Positions 40,301 to 53,879 of a stretch of 64,000 nucleotides of DNA are shown one piece after another (position 1 is the stretch's first letter; the number at the start of each line of letters is the position of its first letter). Source of the DNA: Eledone cirrhosa (Eukaryota); NCBI GenBank assembly GCA_964016885.1, contig OZ024740.1, positions 430,094,001-430,158,000 of the forward strand, written 5' to 3'. The position numbers and the translations under genes were made by a program. Under the pieces are notes generated by a model. The model saw only the letters and a list, made by a program, of their open reading frames with translations. It was not told the origin of the DNA and made no database searches.

Positions 40301-41900
40301 ATAACATGTGGAGGAGGTGAGACAGGAGATTCTGACTGTAATATCTACCACCAAACTTACCTTGGTGTAGGTGGTGCCAGATACATAATAACATGTGGAG
40401 CAGGTGAGACAGGAGTTTCTGACAGTAATGTCTACCACCAAAGTTACATTGGTGTAGGTGGTGCCAGATGTACAATAACATGTGGAGGAGGTGAGACAGG
40501 AGTTTCTGACAGTAATGTCTACCACCAAAGTTACCTTGGTGTAGGTGGTGCCAGATACATAATAACATGTGGAGGAGGTGAGACAGGAGTTTCTGACAGT
40601 AATGTCTACCACCAAAGTTACCTTGGTGTAGGTGGTGCCAGATACATAATAACATGTGGAGGAGGTGAGACAGGAGTTTCTGACAGTAATGTCTACCACC
40701 AAAGTTACCTTGGTGTAGTTGGTGCCAGATGTACAACAACATGTGGAGGAGGTGAGACAGGAGTTTCAGACAGTAATGTCTACCACCAAAGTTACCTTGG
40801 TGTAGGTGGTGCCAGATACACAATAACATGTGGAGGAGGTGAGACAGGAGTTTCTGACAGTAATGTCTACCACCAAAGTTACCTTGGTGTAGGTGGTGCC
40901 AGATGTACAACAACATGTGGAGGAGGTGAGACAGGAGTTTCTGACAGTAATGTCTACCACCAAAGTTACCTTGGTGTAGGTGGTGCCAGATACACAATAA
41001 CATGTGGAGGAGGTGAGACAGGAGTTTCTGACTGTAATGTCTACCACCAAAGTTTCCTTGGTGTAGGTGGTGCCAGATACACAATAACATGTGGCTGAGG
41101 TGAGACAGGAGTTTCTGACAGTAATGTCTACCACCAAAGTTACCTTGGTGTAGGTGGTGCCAGATGTACAATAACATGTGGAGGAGGTGAGACAGAAGTT
41201 TCTGACAGTAATGTCTACCACCAAAGTTACCTTGGTTTAGGTGGTGCCAGATACTCAATAACATGTGGAGGAAATGAGACAGGAGTTTCTGACTGTAATG
41301 TCTACCACCAAAGTTACCTTGGTGTAGGTGGTGCCAGATACACAATAACATGTGGAGGGGGTGAGACAGGAGTTTCTGACAGTAATGTCTACCACCAAAG
41401 TTACCTTGGTGTAGGTGGTGCCAGATGTACAATAACATGTGGAGGAGGTGAGACAGGAGTTTCTGACAGTAATGTCTACCACCAAAGTCACCTTGGTGTA
41501 GGTGGTGCCAGATACACAATAACATATGGAGGAGGTGAGACAGGAGTCTCTGACAGTAATGTCTACCACCAAAGTTACCTTGGTGTAGGTGGTGCCAGAT
41601 ACATAATAACATGTGCAGGAGGTGAGACAGGAGTTTCTGACTGTAATGTCTACCACCAAAGTTACCTTGGTGTAGGTGGTGCCAGATACACAATAACATG
41701 TGGAGGAGGTGAGACAGGAGTTTCTGACTGTAATGTCTACCACCAAAGTTACCTTGGTGTAGGTGGTGCCAGATACATAATAACATGTGGAGGAGGTGAG
41801 ACAGGAGATTCTGACTGTAATATCTACCACCAAACTTACCTTGGTGTAGGTGGTGCCAGATACATAATAACATGTGGAGGAGGTGAGACAGGAGTTTCTG
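37400..41900. repeat. Three copies of a shared block at 21- and 17-monomer offsets; boundaries approximate
   Basis: Matching 152-aa ORFs at 37460, 39287 and 40766 (offsets 1827 = 21x87 and 1479 = 17x87). Shared markers are GTTTCAGAC, TGGCTGAGG, GGTTTAGG...ATACTCAAT and GAGATTCTG. Confidence 0.85.
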
Positions 41901-42769
41901 ACAGTAATGTCTTCCAAAGTTACCTTGGTGTAGGTGGTGCCAGATACACAATAACATGTGGAGGAGGTGAGACAGGAGTTTCTGACAGTAATGTCTACCA
42001 CCAAAATTACCTTGGTGTAGGTGGTGCCAGATACACAATAACATGTGGAGGAGGTGGGGCAGGAGTTTCTGACAGTAATGTCTACCACCAAAGTTACCTT
42101 GGTGTAGGTGGTGCCAGATACACAATAACATGTGGAGGAGGTGAGACAGGAGTTTCTGACAGTAATGTCTACCACCAAAGTTACCTTGGTGTAGGTGGTG
42201 CCAGATACATAATAACATATGGAGGAGGTGAGACAGGAGTTTCTGACAGTAATGTCTACCACCAAAGTTACCTTGGTGTAGGTGGTGCCAGATACATAAT
42301 AACATGTGGAGGAGGTGAGACAGGAGTTTCTGACAGTAATGTCTACCACCAAAGTTACCTTGGTGTAGGTGGTGCCAGATGTACAACAACATGTGGAGGA
42401 GGTGAGACAGGAGTTTCTGACAGTAATGTCTACCACCAAAGTTACCTTGGTGTAGGTGGTTCCAGATACACAATAACATGTGGAGGAGGTGAGACAGGAG
42501 TTTCTGACAGTAATGTCTACCACCAAAGTTACCTTGGTGTAGGTGGTGCCAGATGTACAATAACATATGGAGGAGGTGAGACAGGAGTCTCTGACAGTAA
42601 TGTCTACCACCAAAGTTACCTTGGTGTAGGTGGTGCCAGATACATAATAACATGTGGAGGAGGTGATACAGGAGTTTCTGACAGTAATGTCTACCACCAA
42701 AGTTACCTTGGTGTAGGTGGTTCCAGATACACAATAACATGTGGAGGAGGTGAGACAGGAGTTTCTGAC

Positions 42770-45700
42770 AGTAATGTCTACCACCAAAGTTACCTTGGTG
42801 TAGGTGGTGCCAGATACACAATAACATATGGAGGAGGTGAGACAGGAGTCTCTGACAGTAATGTCTACCACCAAAGTTACCTTGGTGTAGGTGGTGCCAG
42901 ATACATAATAACATGTGGAGGAGGTGATACAGGAGTTTCTGACAGTAATGTCTTCCAAAGTTACCTTGGTGTAGGTGGTGCCAGATACACAATAACATGT
43001 GGAGGAGGTGAGACAGGAGTTTCTGACAGTAATGTCTACCACCAAACTTACCTTGGTGTAGGTGGTGCCAGATGTAGAATAACATGTGGAGGAGGTGAGA
43101 CAGGAGTTTCTGACAGTAATGTCTACCACCAAAGTTACCTTGGTGTAGGTGGTGCCAGATACACAATAACATGTGGAGGAGGTGGGGCAGGAGTTTCTGA
43201 CAGTAATGTCTACCACCAAAGTTACCTTGGTGTAGGTGGTGCCAGATACATAATAACATATGGAGGAGGTGAGACAGGAGTTTCTGACAGTAATGTCTAC
43301 CACCAAAGTTACATTGGTGTAGGTGGTGCCAGATGTACAATAACATGTGGAGGAGGTGAGACAGGAGTTTCTGACAGTAATGTCTACCACCAAAGTTACC
43401 TTGGTGTAGGTGGTGCCAGATACATAATAACATGTGGAGGAGGTGAGACAGGAGTTTCTGACAGTAATGTCTACCACCAAAGTTACCTTGGTGTAGGTGG
43501 TGCCAGATACATAATAACATGTGGAGGAGGTGAGACAGGAGTTTCTGACAGTAATGTCTACCACCAAAGTTACCTTGGTGTAGTTGGTGCCAGATGTACA
43601 ACAACATGTGGAGGAGGTGAGACAGGAGTTTCTGACAGTAATGTCTACCACCAAAGTTTCCTTGGTGTAGGTGGTGCCAGATACACAATAACATGTGGAG
43701 GAGGTGAGACAGGAGTTTCTGACAGTAATGTCTACCACCAAAGTTACCTTGGTGTAGGTGGTGCCAGATGTACAACAACATGTGGAGGAGGTGAGACAGG
43801 AGTTTCTGACAGTAATGTCTACCACCAAAGTTACCTTGGTGTAGGTGGTGCCAGATACACAATAACATGTGGAGGAGGTGAGACAGGAGTTTCTGACTGT
43901 AATGTCTACCACCAAAGTTTCCTTGGTGTAGGTGGTGCCAGATACACAATAACATGTGGCTGAGGTGAGACAGGAGTTTCTGACAGTAATGTCTACCACC
44001 AAAGTTACCTTGGTGTAGGTGGTGCCAGATGTACAATAACATGTGGAGGAGGTGAGACAGAAGTTTCTGACAGTAATGTCTACCACCAAAGTTACCTTGG
44101 TTTAGGTGGTGCCAGATGTACAACAACATGTGGAGGAGGTGAGACAGGAGTTTCTGACAGTAATGTCTACCACCAAAGTTACCTTGGTGTAGGTGGTGCC
44201 AGATACATAATAACATGTGGAGGAGGTGAGACAGGAGTTTCTGACAGTAATGTCTACCACCAAAGTTACCTTGGTGTAGGTGGTGCCAGATACATAATAA
44301 CATGTGGAGGAGGTGAGACAGGAGTTTCTGACAGTAATGTCTACCACCAAAGTTACCTTGGTTTAGGTGGTGCCAGATACTCAATAACATGTGGAGGAGG
44401 TGAGACAGGAGTTTCTGACAGTAATGTCTACCACCAAAGTTACCTTGGTGTAGGTGGTGCCAGATACACAATAACATGTGGAGGAGGTGAGACAGGAGTT
44501 TCTGACTGTAATGTCTACCACCAAAGTTTCCTTGGTGTAGGTGGTGCCAGATACACAATAACATGTGGCTGAGGTGAGACAGGAGTTTCTGACAGTAATG
44601 TCTACCACCAAAGTTACCTTGGTGTAGGTGGTGCCAGATACACAATAACATGTGGAGGGGGTGAGACAGGAGTTTCTGACAGTAATGTCTACCACCAAAG
44701 TTACCTTGGTGTAGGTGGTGCCAGATGTACAATAACATGTGGAGGAGGTGAGACAGGAGTTTCTGACAGTAATGTCTACCACCAAAGTCACCTTGGTGTA
44801 GGTGGTGCCAGATACACAATAACATATGGAGGAGGTGAGACAGGAGTCTCTGACAGTAATGTCTACCACCAAAGTTACCTTGGTGTAGGTGGTGCCAGAT
44901 ACATAATAACATGTGGAGGAGGTGAGACAGGAGTTTCTGACTGTAATGTCTACCACCAAAGTTACCTTGGTGTAGGTGGTGCCAGATACACAATAACATG
45001 TGGAGGAGGTGAGACAGGAGTTTCTGACTGTAATGTCTACCACCAAAGTTACCTTGGTGTAGGTGGTGCCAGATACATAATAACATGTGGAGGAGGTGAG
45101 ACAGGAGATTCTGACTGTAATATCTACCACCAAACTTACCTTGGTGTAGGTGGTGCCAGATACATAATAACATGTGGAGGAGGTGAGACAGGAGTTTCTG
45201 ACAGTAATGTCTTCCAAAGTTACCTTGGTGTAGGTGGTGCCAGATACACAATAACATGTGGAGGAGGTGAGACAGGAGTTTCTGACAGTAATGTCTACCA
45301 CCAAAGTTACCTTGGTGTAGGTGGTGCCAGATACACAATAACATGTGGAGGAGGTGAGGCAGGAGTTTCTGACAGTAATGTCTACCACCAAAGTTACCTT
45401 GGTGTAGGTGGTGCCAGATACACAATAACATATGGAGGAGGTGAGACAGGAGTTTCTGACAGTAATGTCTACTACCAATGTTACCTTGGTGTAGGTGGTG
45501 CCAGATACATAATAACATATGGAGGAGGTGAGACAGGAGTTTCTGACAGTAATGTCTACCACCAAAGTTACCTTGGTGTAGGTGGTGCCAGATACATAAT
45601 AACATGTGGAGGAGGTGAGACAGGAGTTTCTGACAGTAATGTCTACCACCAAAGTTACCTTGGTGTAGGTGGTGCCAGATGTAGAATAACATGTGGAGGA

Positions 45701-48700
45701 GGTGAGACAGGATTTTCTGACAGTAATGTCTACCACCAAAGTTACCTTGGTGTAGGTGGTGCCAGAAACATAATAACATATGGGGGAGGTGAGACAGGAG
45801 TTTCTGACAGTAATGTCTACCACCAAAGTTACCTTGGTGTAGGTGGTGCCAGATGTACAACAACATGTGGAGGAGGTGAGACAGGAGTTTCTGACAGTAA
45901 TGTCTACCACCAAAGTTACCTTGGTGTAGGTGGTGCCAGATACACAATAACATGTGGAGGAGGTGAGACAGGAGTTTCTGACTGTAATGTCTACCACCAA
46001 AGTTTCCTTGGTGTAGGTGGTGCCAGATACACAATAACATGTGGCTGAGGTGAGACAGGAGTTTCTGACAGTAATGTCTACCACCAAAGTTACCTTGGTG
46101 TAGGTGGTGCCAGATGTACAATAACATGTGGAGGAGGTGAGACAGAAGTTTCTGACAGTAATGTCTACCACCAAAGTTACCTTGGTTTAGGTGGTGCCAG
46201 ATGTACAACAACATGTGGAGGAGGTGAGACAGGAGTTTCTGACAGTAATGTCTACCACCAAAGTTACCTTGGTGTAGGTGGTGCCAGATACATAATAACA
46301 TGTGGAGGAGGTGAGACAGGAGTTTCTGACAGTAATGTCTACCACCAAAGTTACCTTGGTGTAGGTGGTGCCAGATACATAATAACATGTGGAGGAGGTG
46401 AGACAGGAGTTTCTGACAGTAATGTCTACCACCAAAGTTACCTTGGTTTAGGTGGTGCCAGATACTCAATAACATGTGGAGGAGGTGAGACAGGAGTTTC
46501 TGACAGTAATGTCTACCACCAAAGTTACCTTGGTGTAGGTGGTGCCAGATACACAATAACATGTGGAGGAGGTGAGACAGGAGTTTCTGACTGTAATGTC
46601 TACCACCAAAGTTTCCTTGGTGTAGGTGGTGCCAGATACACAATAACATGTGGCTGAGGTGAGACAGGAGTTTCTGACAGTAATGTCTACCACCAAAGTT
46701 ACCTTGGTGTAGGTGGTGCCAGATACACAATAACATGTGGAGGGGGTGAGACAGGAGTTTCTGACAGTAATGTCTACCACCAAAGTTACCTTGGTGTAGG
46801 TGGTGCCAGATGTACAATAACATGTGGAGGAGGTGAGACAGGAGTTTCTGACAGTAATGTCTACCACCAAAGTCACCTTGGTGTAGGTGGTGCCAGATAC
46901 ACAATAACATATGGAGGAGGTGAGACAGGAGTCTCTGACAGTAATGTCTACCACCAAAGTTACCTTGGTGTAGGTGGTGCCAGATACATAATAACATGTG
47001 GAGGAGGTGAGACAGGAGTTTCTGACTGTAATGTCTACCACCAAAGTTACCTTGGTGTAGGTGGTGCCAGATACACAATAACATGTGGAGGAGGTGAGAC
47101 AGGAGTTTCTGACTGTAATGTCTACCACCAAAGTTACCTTGGTGTAGGTGGTGCCAGATACATAATAACATGTGGAGGAGGTGAGACAGGAGATTCTGAC
47201 TGTAATATCTACCACCAAACTTACCTTGGTGTAGGTGGTGCCAGATACATAATAACATGTGGAGGAGGTGAGACAGGAGTTTCTGACAGTAATGTCTTCC
47301 AAAGTTACCTTGGTGTAGGTGGTGCCAGATACACAATAACATGTGGAGGAGGTGAGACAGGAGTTTCTGACAGTAATGTCTACCACCAAAGTTACCTTGG
47401 TGTAGGTGGTGCCAGATACACAATAACATGTGGAGGAGGTGAGGCAGGAGTTTCTGACAGTAATGTCTACCACCAAAGTTACCTTGGTGTAGGTGGTGCC
47501 AGATACATAATAACATGTGGAGGAGGTGAGACAGGAGTTTCTGACAGTAATGTCTACCACCAAAGTTACCTTGGTGTAGGTGGTGCCAGATACATAATAA
47601 CATGTGGAGGAGGTGAGACAGGAGTTTCTGACAGTAATGTCTACCACCAAAGTTACCTTGGTGTAGGTGGTGCCAGATACATAATAACATGTGGAGGAGG
47701 TGAGACAGGAGTTTCTGACAGTAATGTCTACCACCAAAGTTACCTTGGTGTAGGTGGTGCCAGATGTAGAATAACATGTGGAGGAGGTGAGACAGGATTT
47801 TCTGACAGTAATGTCTACCACCAAAGTTACCTTGGTGTAGGTGGTGCCAGAAACATAATAACATATGGGGGAGGTGAGACAGGAGTTTCTGACAGTAATG
47901 TCTACCACCAAAGTTACCTTGGTGTAGGTGGTGCCAGATACATAATAACATATGGAGGAGGTGAGACAGCAGTTTCTGACAGTAATGTCTACCACCAAAG
48001 TTACCTTGGTGTAGGTGGTGCCAGATACATAATAACATCTGGAGAAGGTGAGACAGGAGTTTCTGACAGTAATGTCTACCACCAAAGTTACATTGATGTA
48101 GGTGGTGCCAGATACACAATAACATGTGGAGGAGGTGAAACAGGAGTTTCTGACAGTAATGTCTACCACCAAAGTTACCTTGGTGTAGGTGGTGCCAGAA
48201 ACATAATAACATGTGTAGGAGGTGAGACGGGAGTTTCTGACAGTAATGTCTACCACCAAAGTTACCTTGGTGTAGGTGGTGCCAGATACATAATAACATG
48301 TGGAGGAGGTGAGACAGGAGTTTCTGACGGTAATGTCTACCACCAAAGTTACATTGGTGTAGATGGTGCCAGATGTACAATATCATGTGGAGGAGGTGAG
48401 ACAGGAGTTTCTGACAGTAATGTCTACCACCAAAGTTACCTTGGTGTAGGTGGTGCCAGATACATAATGACATGTGGAGGAGGTGAGACAGGAGTTTCTG
48501 ACAGTAATGTCTACCACCAAAGTTACCTTGGTGTAGGTGGTGCCAGATACATAATGACATGTGGAGGAGGTGAGACAGGAGTTTCTGACAGTAATGTCTA
48601 CCACCAAAGTTACCTTGGTGTAGTTGGTGCCAGATACATAATAACATGTGGAGGAGGTGAGACTTGAGTTTCTGACAGTAATGTCTACCACCAAAGTTAC

Positions 48701-50850
48701 CTTGGTGTAGGTGGTGCCAGATGTACAATAACATGTGGAGAAGGTGAGACAGGAGTTTCTGACAGTAATGTCTACCACCAAAGTTACCTTGGTGTAGGTG
48801 GTGCCAGATGTAGAATAACATATGGAGGAGGTGAGACAGGAGTTTCTGACAGTAATGTCTACCACCAAAGTTACCTTGGTGTAGGTGGTGCCAGATGTAC
48901 AATAACATGTGGAGGAGGTGAGACAGGATTTTCTGACAGTAATGTCTACCACCAAAGTTACCTTGGTGTAGGTGGTGCCAGATGTACAATAACACGTGGA
49001 GGAGGTGAGACAGGAGTTTCTGACAGTAATGTCTACCCCCAAAGTTACCTTGGTGTAGGTGGTGCCAGATGTACAATAACATATGGAGGAGGTGAGACAG
49101 GAGTTTCTGACAGTAATGTCTTCCACCAAAGTTACCTTGGTGTAGGTGGTGCCAGATACACAATAACATGTGGAGGAGGTGAGACAGGAGTGTCTGACTG
49201 TAATGTGTACCACCAAAGTTACCTTGGTGTAGGTGGTGCCAGATGTACAACATGTGGAGGAGGTGAGACAGGAGTTTCTGACAGTAATGTCTACCACCAA
49301 ACTTACCTTGGTGTAGGTGGTGCCAGATACATAATAACATATGGAGGAGGTGAGACAGGAGTTTCTGACAGTAATGTCTACCACCAAAGTTACCCTGGTG
49401 TAGGTGGTGCCAGATGTACAATAACACGTGGAGGAGGTGAGACAGGAGTTTCTGACAGTAATGTCTACCACCAAAGTTACCTTGGTGTAGGTAGTGCCAG
49501 ATACATAATAACATATGGAGGAGGTGAGACAGGGGTTTCTGACAGTAATGTCTACCACCAAAGTTACCTTGGTGTAGGTGGTGCCAGATACATAATAACA
49601 TATGGAGGAGGTGAGACAGGAGTTTCTGACAGTAATGTCTACCACCAAAGTTACCTTGGTGTAGGTGGTGCCAGATACATAATAACATGTGGAGGAGGTG
49701 AGACAGGAGTTTCTGACAGTAATGTCTACCACCAAAGTTACCTTGGTGTAGGTGGTGCCAGATGTACAACAACATGTGGAGGAGGTGAGACAGGAGTTTC
49801 TGACAGTAATGTCTACCACCAAAGTTACCTTGGTGTAGGTAGTGCCAGATACATAATAACATGTGGAGGAGGTGAGACAGGAGTTTCTGACTGTAATGTC
49901 TACCACCTAAGTTACCTTAGTGTAGGTGGTGCCAGATACACAATAACATGTGGAGGAGGTGAGACAGGAGTTTCTGACTGTAATGTCTACCACCAAAGTT
50001 ACCTTGGTGTAGGTGGTGCCAGATACATAATAACATGTGGAGGAGGTGAGACAGGAGTTTCTGACAGTAATGTCTTCCAAAGTTACCTTGGTGTAGGTGG
50101 TGCCAGATACACAATAACATGTGGAGGATGTGAGACAGGAGTTTCTGACAGTAATGTCTACCACCAAAATTACCTTGGTGTAGGTGGTGCCTGATGTACA
50201 ATAACATGTGGAGGATATGAGACAGGAGTTTCTGACAGTAATGTCTACCACCAAAGTTACCTTGGTGTAGGTGGTGCCAGATACATAATAACATGTGGAG
50301 GAGGTGAGACAGGAGTTTCTGACAGAAATGTCTACCACCAAAGTTACATTGGTGTAGGTGGTGCCAGATGTACAATAACATGTGGAGGAGGGGAGACAGG
50401 AGTTTCTGACAGTAATGTCTACCACCAAAGTTACCTTGGTGTAGTTGGTGCCAGATACATAATAACATGTGGAGGAGGTGAGACAGGAGTTTCTGACAGT
50501 AATGTCTACCACCAAAGTTACCTTGGTGTAGGTGGTGCCAGATGTACAATAACATGTGGAGGAGGTGAGACAGGAGTTTCTGACAGTAATGTCTACCACC
50601 AAAGTTACCTTGGTGTAGGTGGTGCCAGATACATAATAACATGTGGAGGAGGTGAGACAGGAGTTTCTGACTGTAATGTCTACCACCTAAGTTACCTTAG
50701 TGTAGGTGGTGCCAGATACACAATAACATGTGGAGGAGGTGAGACAGGAGTTTCTGACTGTAATGTCTACCACCAAAGTTACCTTGGTGTAGGTGGTGCC
50801 AGATACATAATAACATGTGGAGGAGGTGAGACAGGAGTTTCTGACAGTAA
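42770..50850. repeat. Copy 1 of an ~8.1 kb near-identical segmental duplication within the array
   Basis: ORF pairs 44102/55213, 46187/57298, 48383/59494, 49190/60301 and 49907/61018 all differ by 11111 bp. Confidence 0.92.
43720..47485. repeat. Higher-order duplication with 24-monomer offset (2085 bp); boundaries approximate
   Basis: Matching 82-aa ORFs at 44102 and 46187 (2085 = 24x87-3). The same pair recurs at 55213 and 57298. Confidence 0.85.
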
Positions 50851-51400
50851 TGTCTTCCAAAGTTACCTTGGTGTAGGTGGTGCCAGATACACAATAACAT
50901 GTGGAGGATGTGAGACAGGAGTTTCTGACAGTAATGTCTACCACCAAAATTACCTTGGTGTAGGTGGTGCCTGATGTACAATAACATGTGGAGGATATGA
51001 GACAGGAGTTTCTGACAGTAATGTCTACCACCAAAGTTACCTTGGTGTAGGTGGTGCCAGATACATAATAACATGTGGAGGAGGTGAGACAGGAGTTTCT
51101 GACAGAAATGTCTACCACCAAAGTTACATTGGTGTAGGTGGTGCCAGATGTACAATAACATGTGGAGGAGGGGAGACAGGAGTTTCTGACAGTAATGTCT
51201 ACCACCAAAGTTACCTTGGTGTAGTTGGTGCCAGATACATAATAACATGTGGAGGAGGTGAGACAGGAGTTTCTGACAGTAATGTCTACCACCAAAGTTA
51301 CCTTGGTGTAGGTGGTGCCAGATGTACAATAACATGTGGAGGAGGTGAGACAGGAGTTTCTGACAGTAATGTCTACCACCAAAGTTACCTTGGTGTAGGT
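49860..51400. repeat. 9-monomer higher-order unit (780 bp) in tandem, with further full or partial copies near 53245, 60970 and 61750
   Basis: CTAAGTTACCTTAG occurs at 49907, 50687 (offset 780 = 9x87-3), 53291, 61018 and 61798. Each is followed by GCCTGATG, GGATATGAG, GACAGAAATG and GGGGAGAC. Confidence 0.88.
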
Positions 51401-53879
51401 GGTGCCAGATGTACAATAACATGTGGAGAAGGTGAGACAGGAGTTTCTGACAGTAATGTCTACCACCAAAGTTACCTTGGTGTAGGTGGTGCCAGATGTA
51501 GAATAACATATGGAGGAGGTGAGACAGGAGTTTCTGACAGAAATGTCTACCACCAAAGTTACATTGGTGTAGGTGGTGCCAGATGTACAATAACATGTGG
51601 AGGAGGGGAGACAGGAGTTTCTGACAGTAATGTCTACCACCAAAGTTACCTTGGTGTAGGTGGTGCCAGATGTACAATAACATGTGGAGGAGGTGAGACA
51701 GGAGTTTCTGACAGTAATGTCTACCACCAAAGTTACCTTGGTGTAGGTGGTGCCAGATGTACAATAACATGTGGAGAAGGTGAGACAGGAGTTTCTGACA
51801 GTAATGTCTACCACCAAAGTTACCTTGGTGTAGGTGGTGCCAGATACATAATAACATGTGGAGGAGGTGAGACAGGAGTTTCTGACAGAAATGTCTACCA
51901 CCAAAGTTACATTGGTGTAGGTGGTGCCAGATGTACAATAACATGTGGAGGAGGGGAGACAGGAGTTTCTGACAGTAATGTCTACCACCAAAGTTACCTT
52001 GGTGTAGGTGGTGCCAGATGTACAATAACACGTGGAGGAGGTGAGACAGGAGTTTCTGACAGTAATGTCTACCACCAAAGTTACCTTGGTGTAGGTGGTG
52101 CCAGATGTACAATAACACGTGGAGGAGGTGAGACAGGAGTTTCTGACAGTAATGTCTTCCACCAAAGTTATCTTGGTGTAGGTGGTGCCAGATACACAAT
52201 AACATGTGGAGGAGGTGAGACAGGAGTTTCTGACAGTAATGTCTACCACCAAAGTTACCTTGGTGTAGGTGGTGCCAGATGTACAACAACATGTGGAGGA
52301 GGTGAGACAGGAGTTTCTGACAGTAATGTCTACCACCAAAGTTACCTTGGTGTAGGTGGTGCCAGATACATATTAACATATGGAGGAGGTGAGACAGGAG
52401 TTTCTGACAGTAATGTCTACCACCAAAGTTACCCTGGTGTAGGTGGTGCCAGATGTACAATAACACGTGGAGGAGGTGAGACAGGAGTTTCTGACAGTAA
52501 TGTCTACCACCAAAGTTACCTTGGTGTAGGTGGTGCCAGATGTACAACAACATGTGGAGGAGGTGAGACAGGAGTTTCTGACAGTAATGTCTACCACCAA
52601 AGTTACCTTGGTGTAGGTGGTGCCAGATACATATTAACATATGGAGGAGGTGAGACAGGAGTTTCTGACAGTAATGTCTACCACCAAAGTTACCCTGGTG
52701 TAGGTGGTGCCAGATGTACAATAACACGTGGAGGAGGTGAGACAGGAGTTTCTGACAGTAATGTCTACCACCAAAGTTACCTTGGTGTAGGTGGTGCCAG
52801 ATACATAATAACATGTGGAGGAGGTGAGACAGGAGTTTCTGACAGTAATGTCTACCACCAAAGTTACCTTGGTGTAGGTGGTGCCAGATGTACAACATGT
52901 GGAGGAGGTGAGACAGGAGTTTCTGACAGTAATGTCTACCACCAAAGTTACCTTGGTGTAGGTGGTTCCAGATACACAATAACATGTGGAGGAGGTGAGA
53001 CAGGAGTTTCTGACAGTAATGTCTACCACCAAAGTTACCTTGGTGTAGGTGGTGCCAGATGTACAATAACATATGGAGGAGGTGAGACAGGAGTTTCTGA
53101 CAGTAATGTCTACCACCAAAGTTACCTTGGTGTAGGTGGTGCCAGATACACAATAACATATGGAGGAGGTGAGACAGGATTCTCTGACAGTAATGTCTAC
53201 CACCAAAGTTACCTTGGTGTAGGTGGTGCCAGATACATAATAACATGTGGAGGAGGTGAGACAGGAGTTTCTGACTGTAATGTCTACCACCTAAGTTACC
53301 TTAGTGTAGGTGGTGCCAGATACACAATAACATGTGGAGGAGGTGAGACAGGAGTTTCTGACTGTAATGTCTACCACCAAAGTTACCTTGGTGTAGGTGG
53401 TGCCAGATACATAATAACATGTGGAGGAGGTGAGACAGGAGTTTCTGACAGTAATGTCTTCCAAAGTTACCTTGGTGTAGGTGGTGCCAGATACACAATA
53501 ACATGTGGAGGATGTTAGACAGGAGTTTCTGACAGTAATGTCTACCACCAAAATTACCTTGGTGTAGGTGGTGCCTGATGTACAATAACATGTGGAGGAT
53601 ATGAGACAGGAGTTTCTGACAGTAATGTCTACCACCAAAGTTACCTTGGTGTAGGTGGTGCCAGATACATAATAACATGTGGAGGAGGTGAGACAGGAGT
53701 TTCTGACAGAAATGTCTACCACCAAAGTTACATTGGTGTAGGTGGTGCCAGATGTACAATAACATGTGGAGGAGGGGAGACAGGAGTTTCTGACAGTAAT
53801 GTCTACCACCAAAGTTACCTTGGTGTAGTTGGTGCCAGATACATAATAACATGTGGAGGAGGTGAGACAGGAGTTTCTG

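Noticed and set aside
36534-49862. C2H2 zinc-finger (PRDM9-like) array, suggested by the Cys/His-rich ~29-aa unit
   Set aside because: There is no C-x2-4-C-x12-H-x3-5-H spacing and no TGEKP linker. The canonical finger repeat is 84 bp, not 87 bp.
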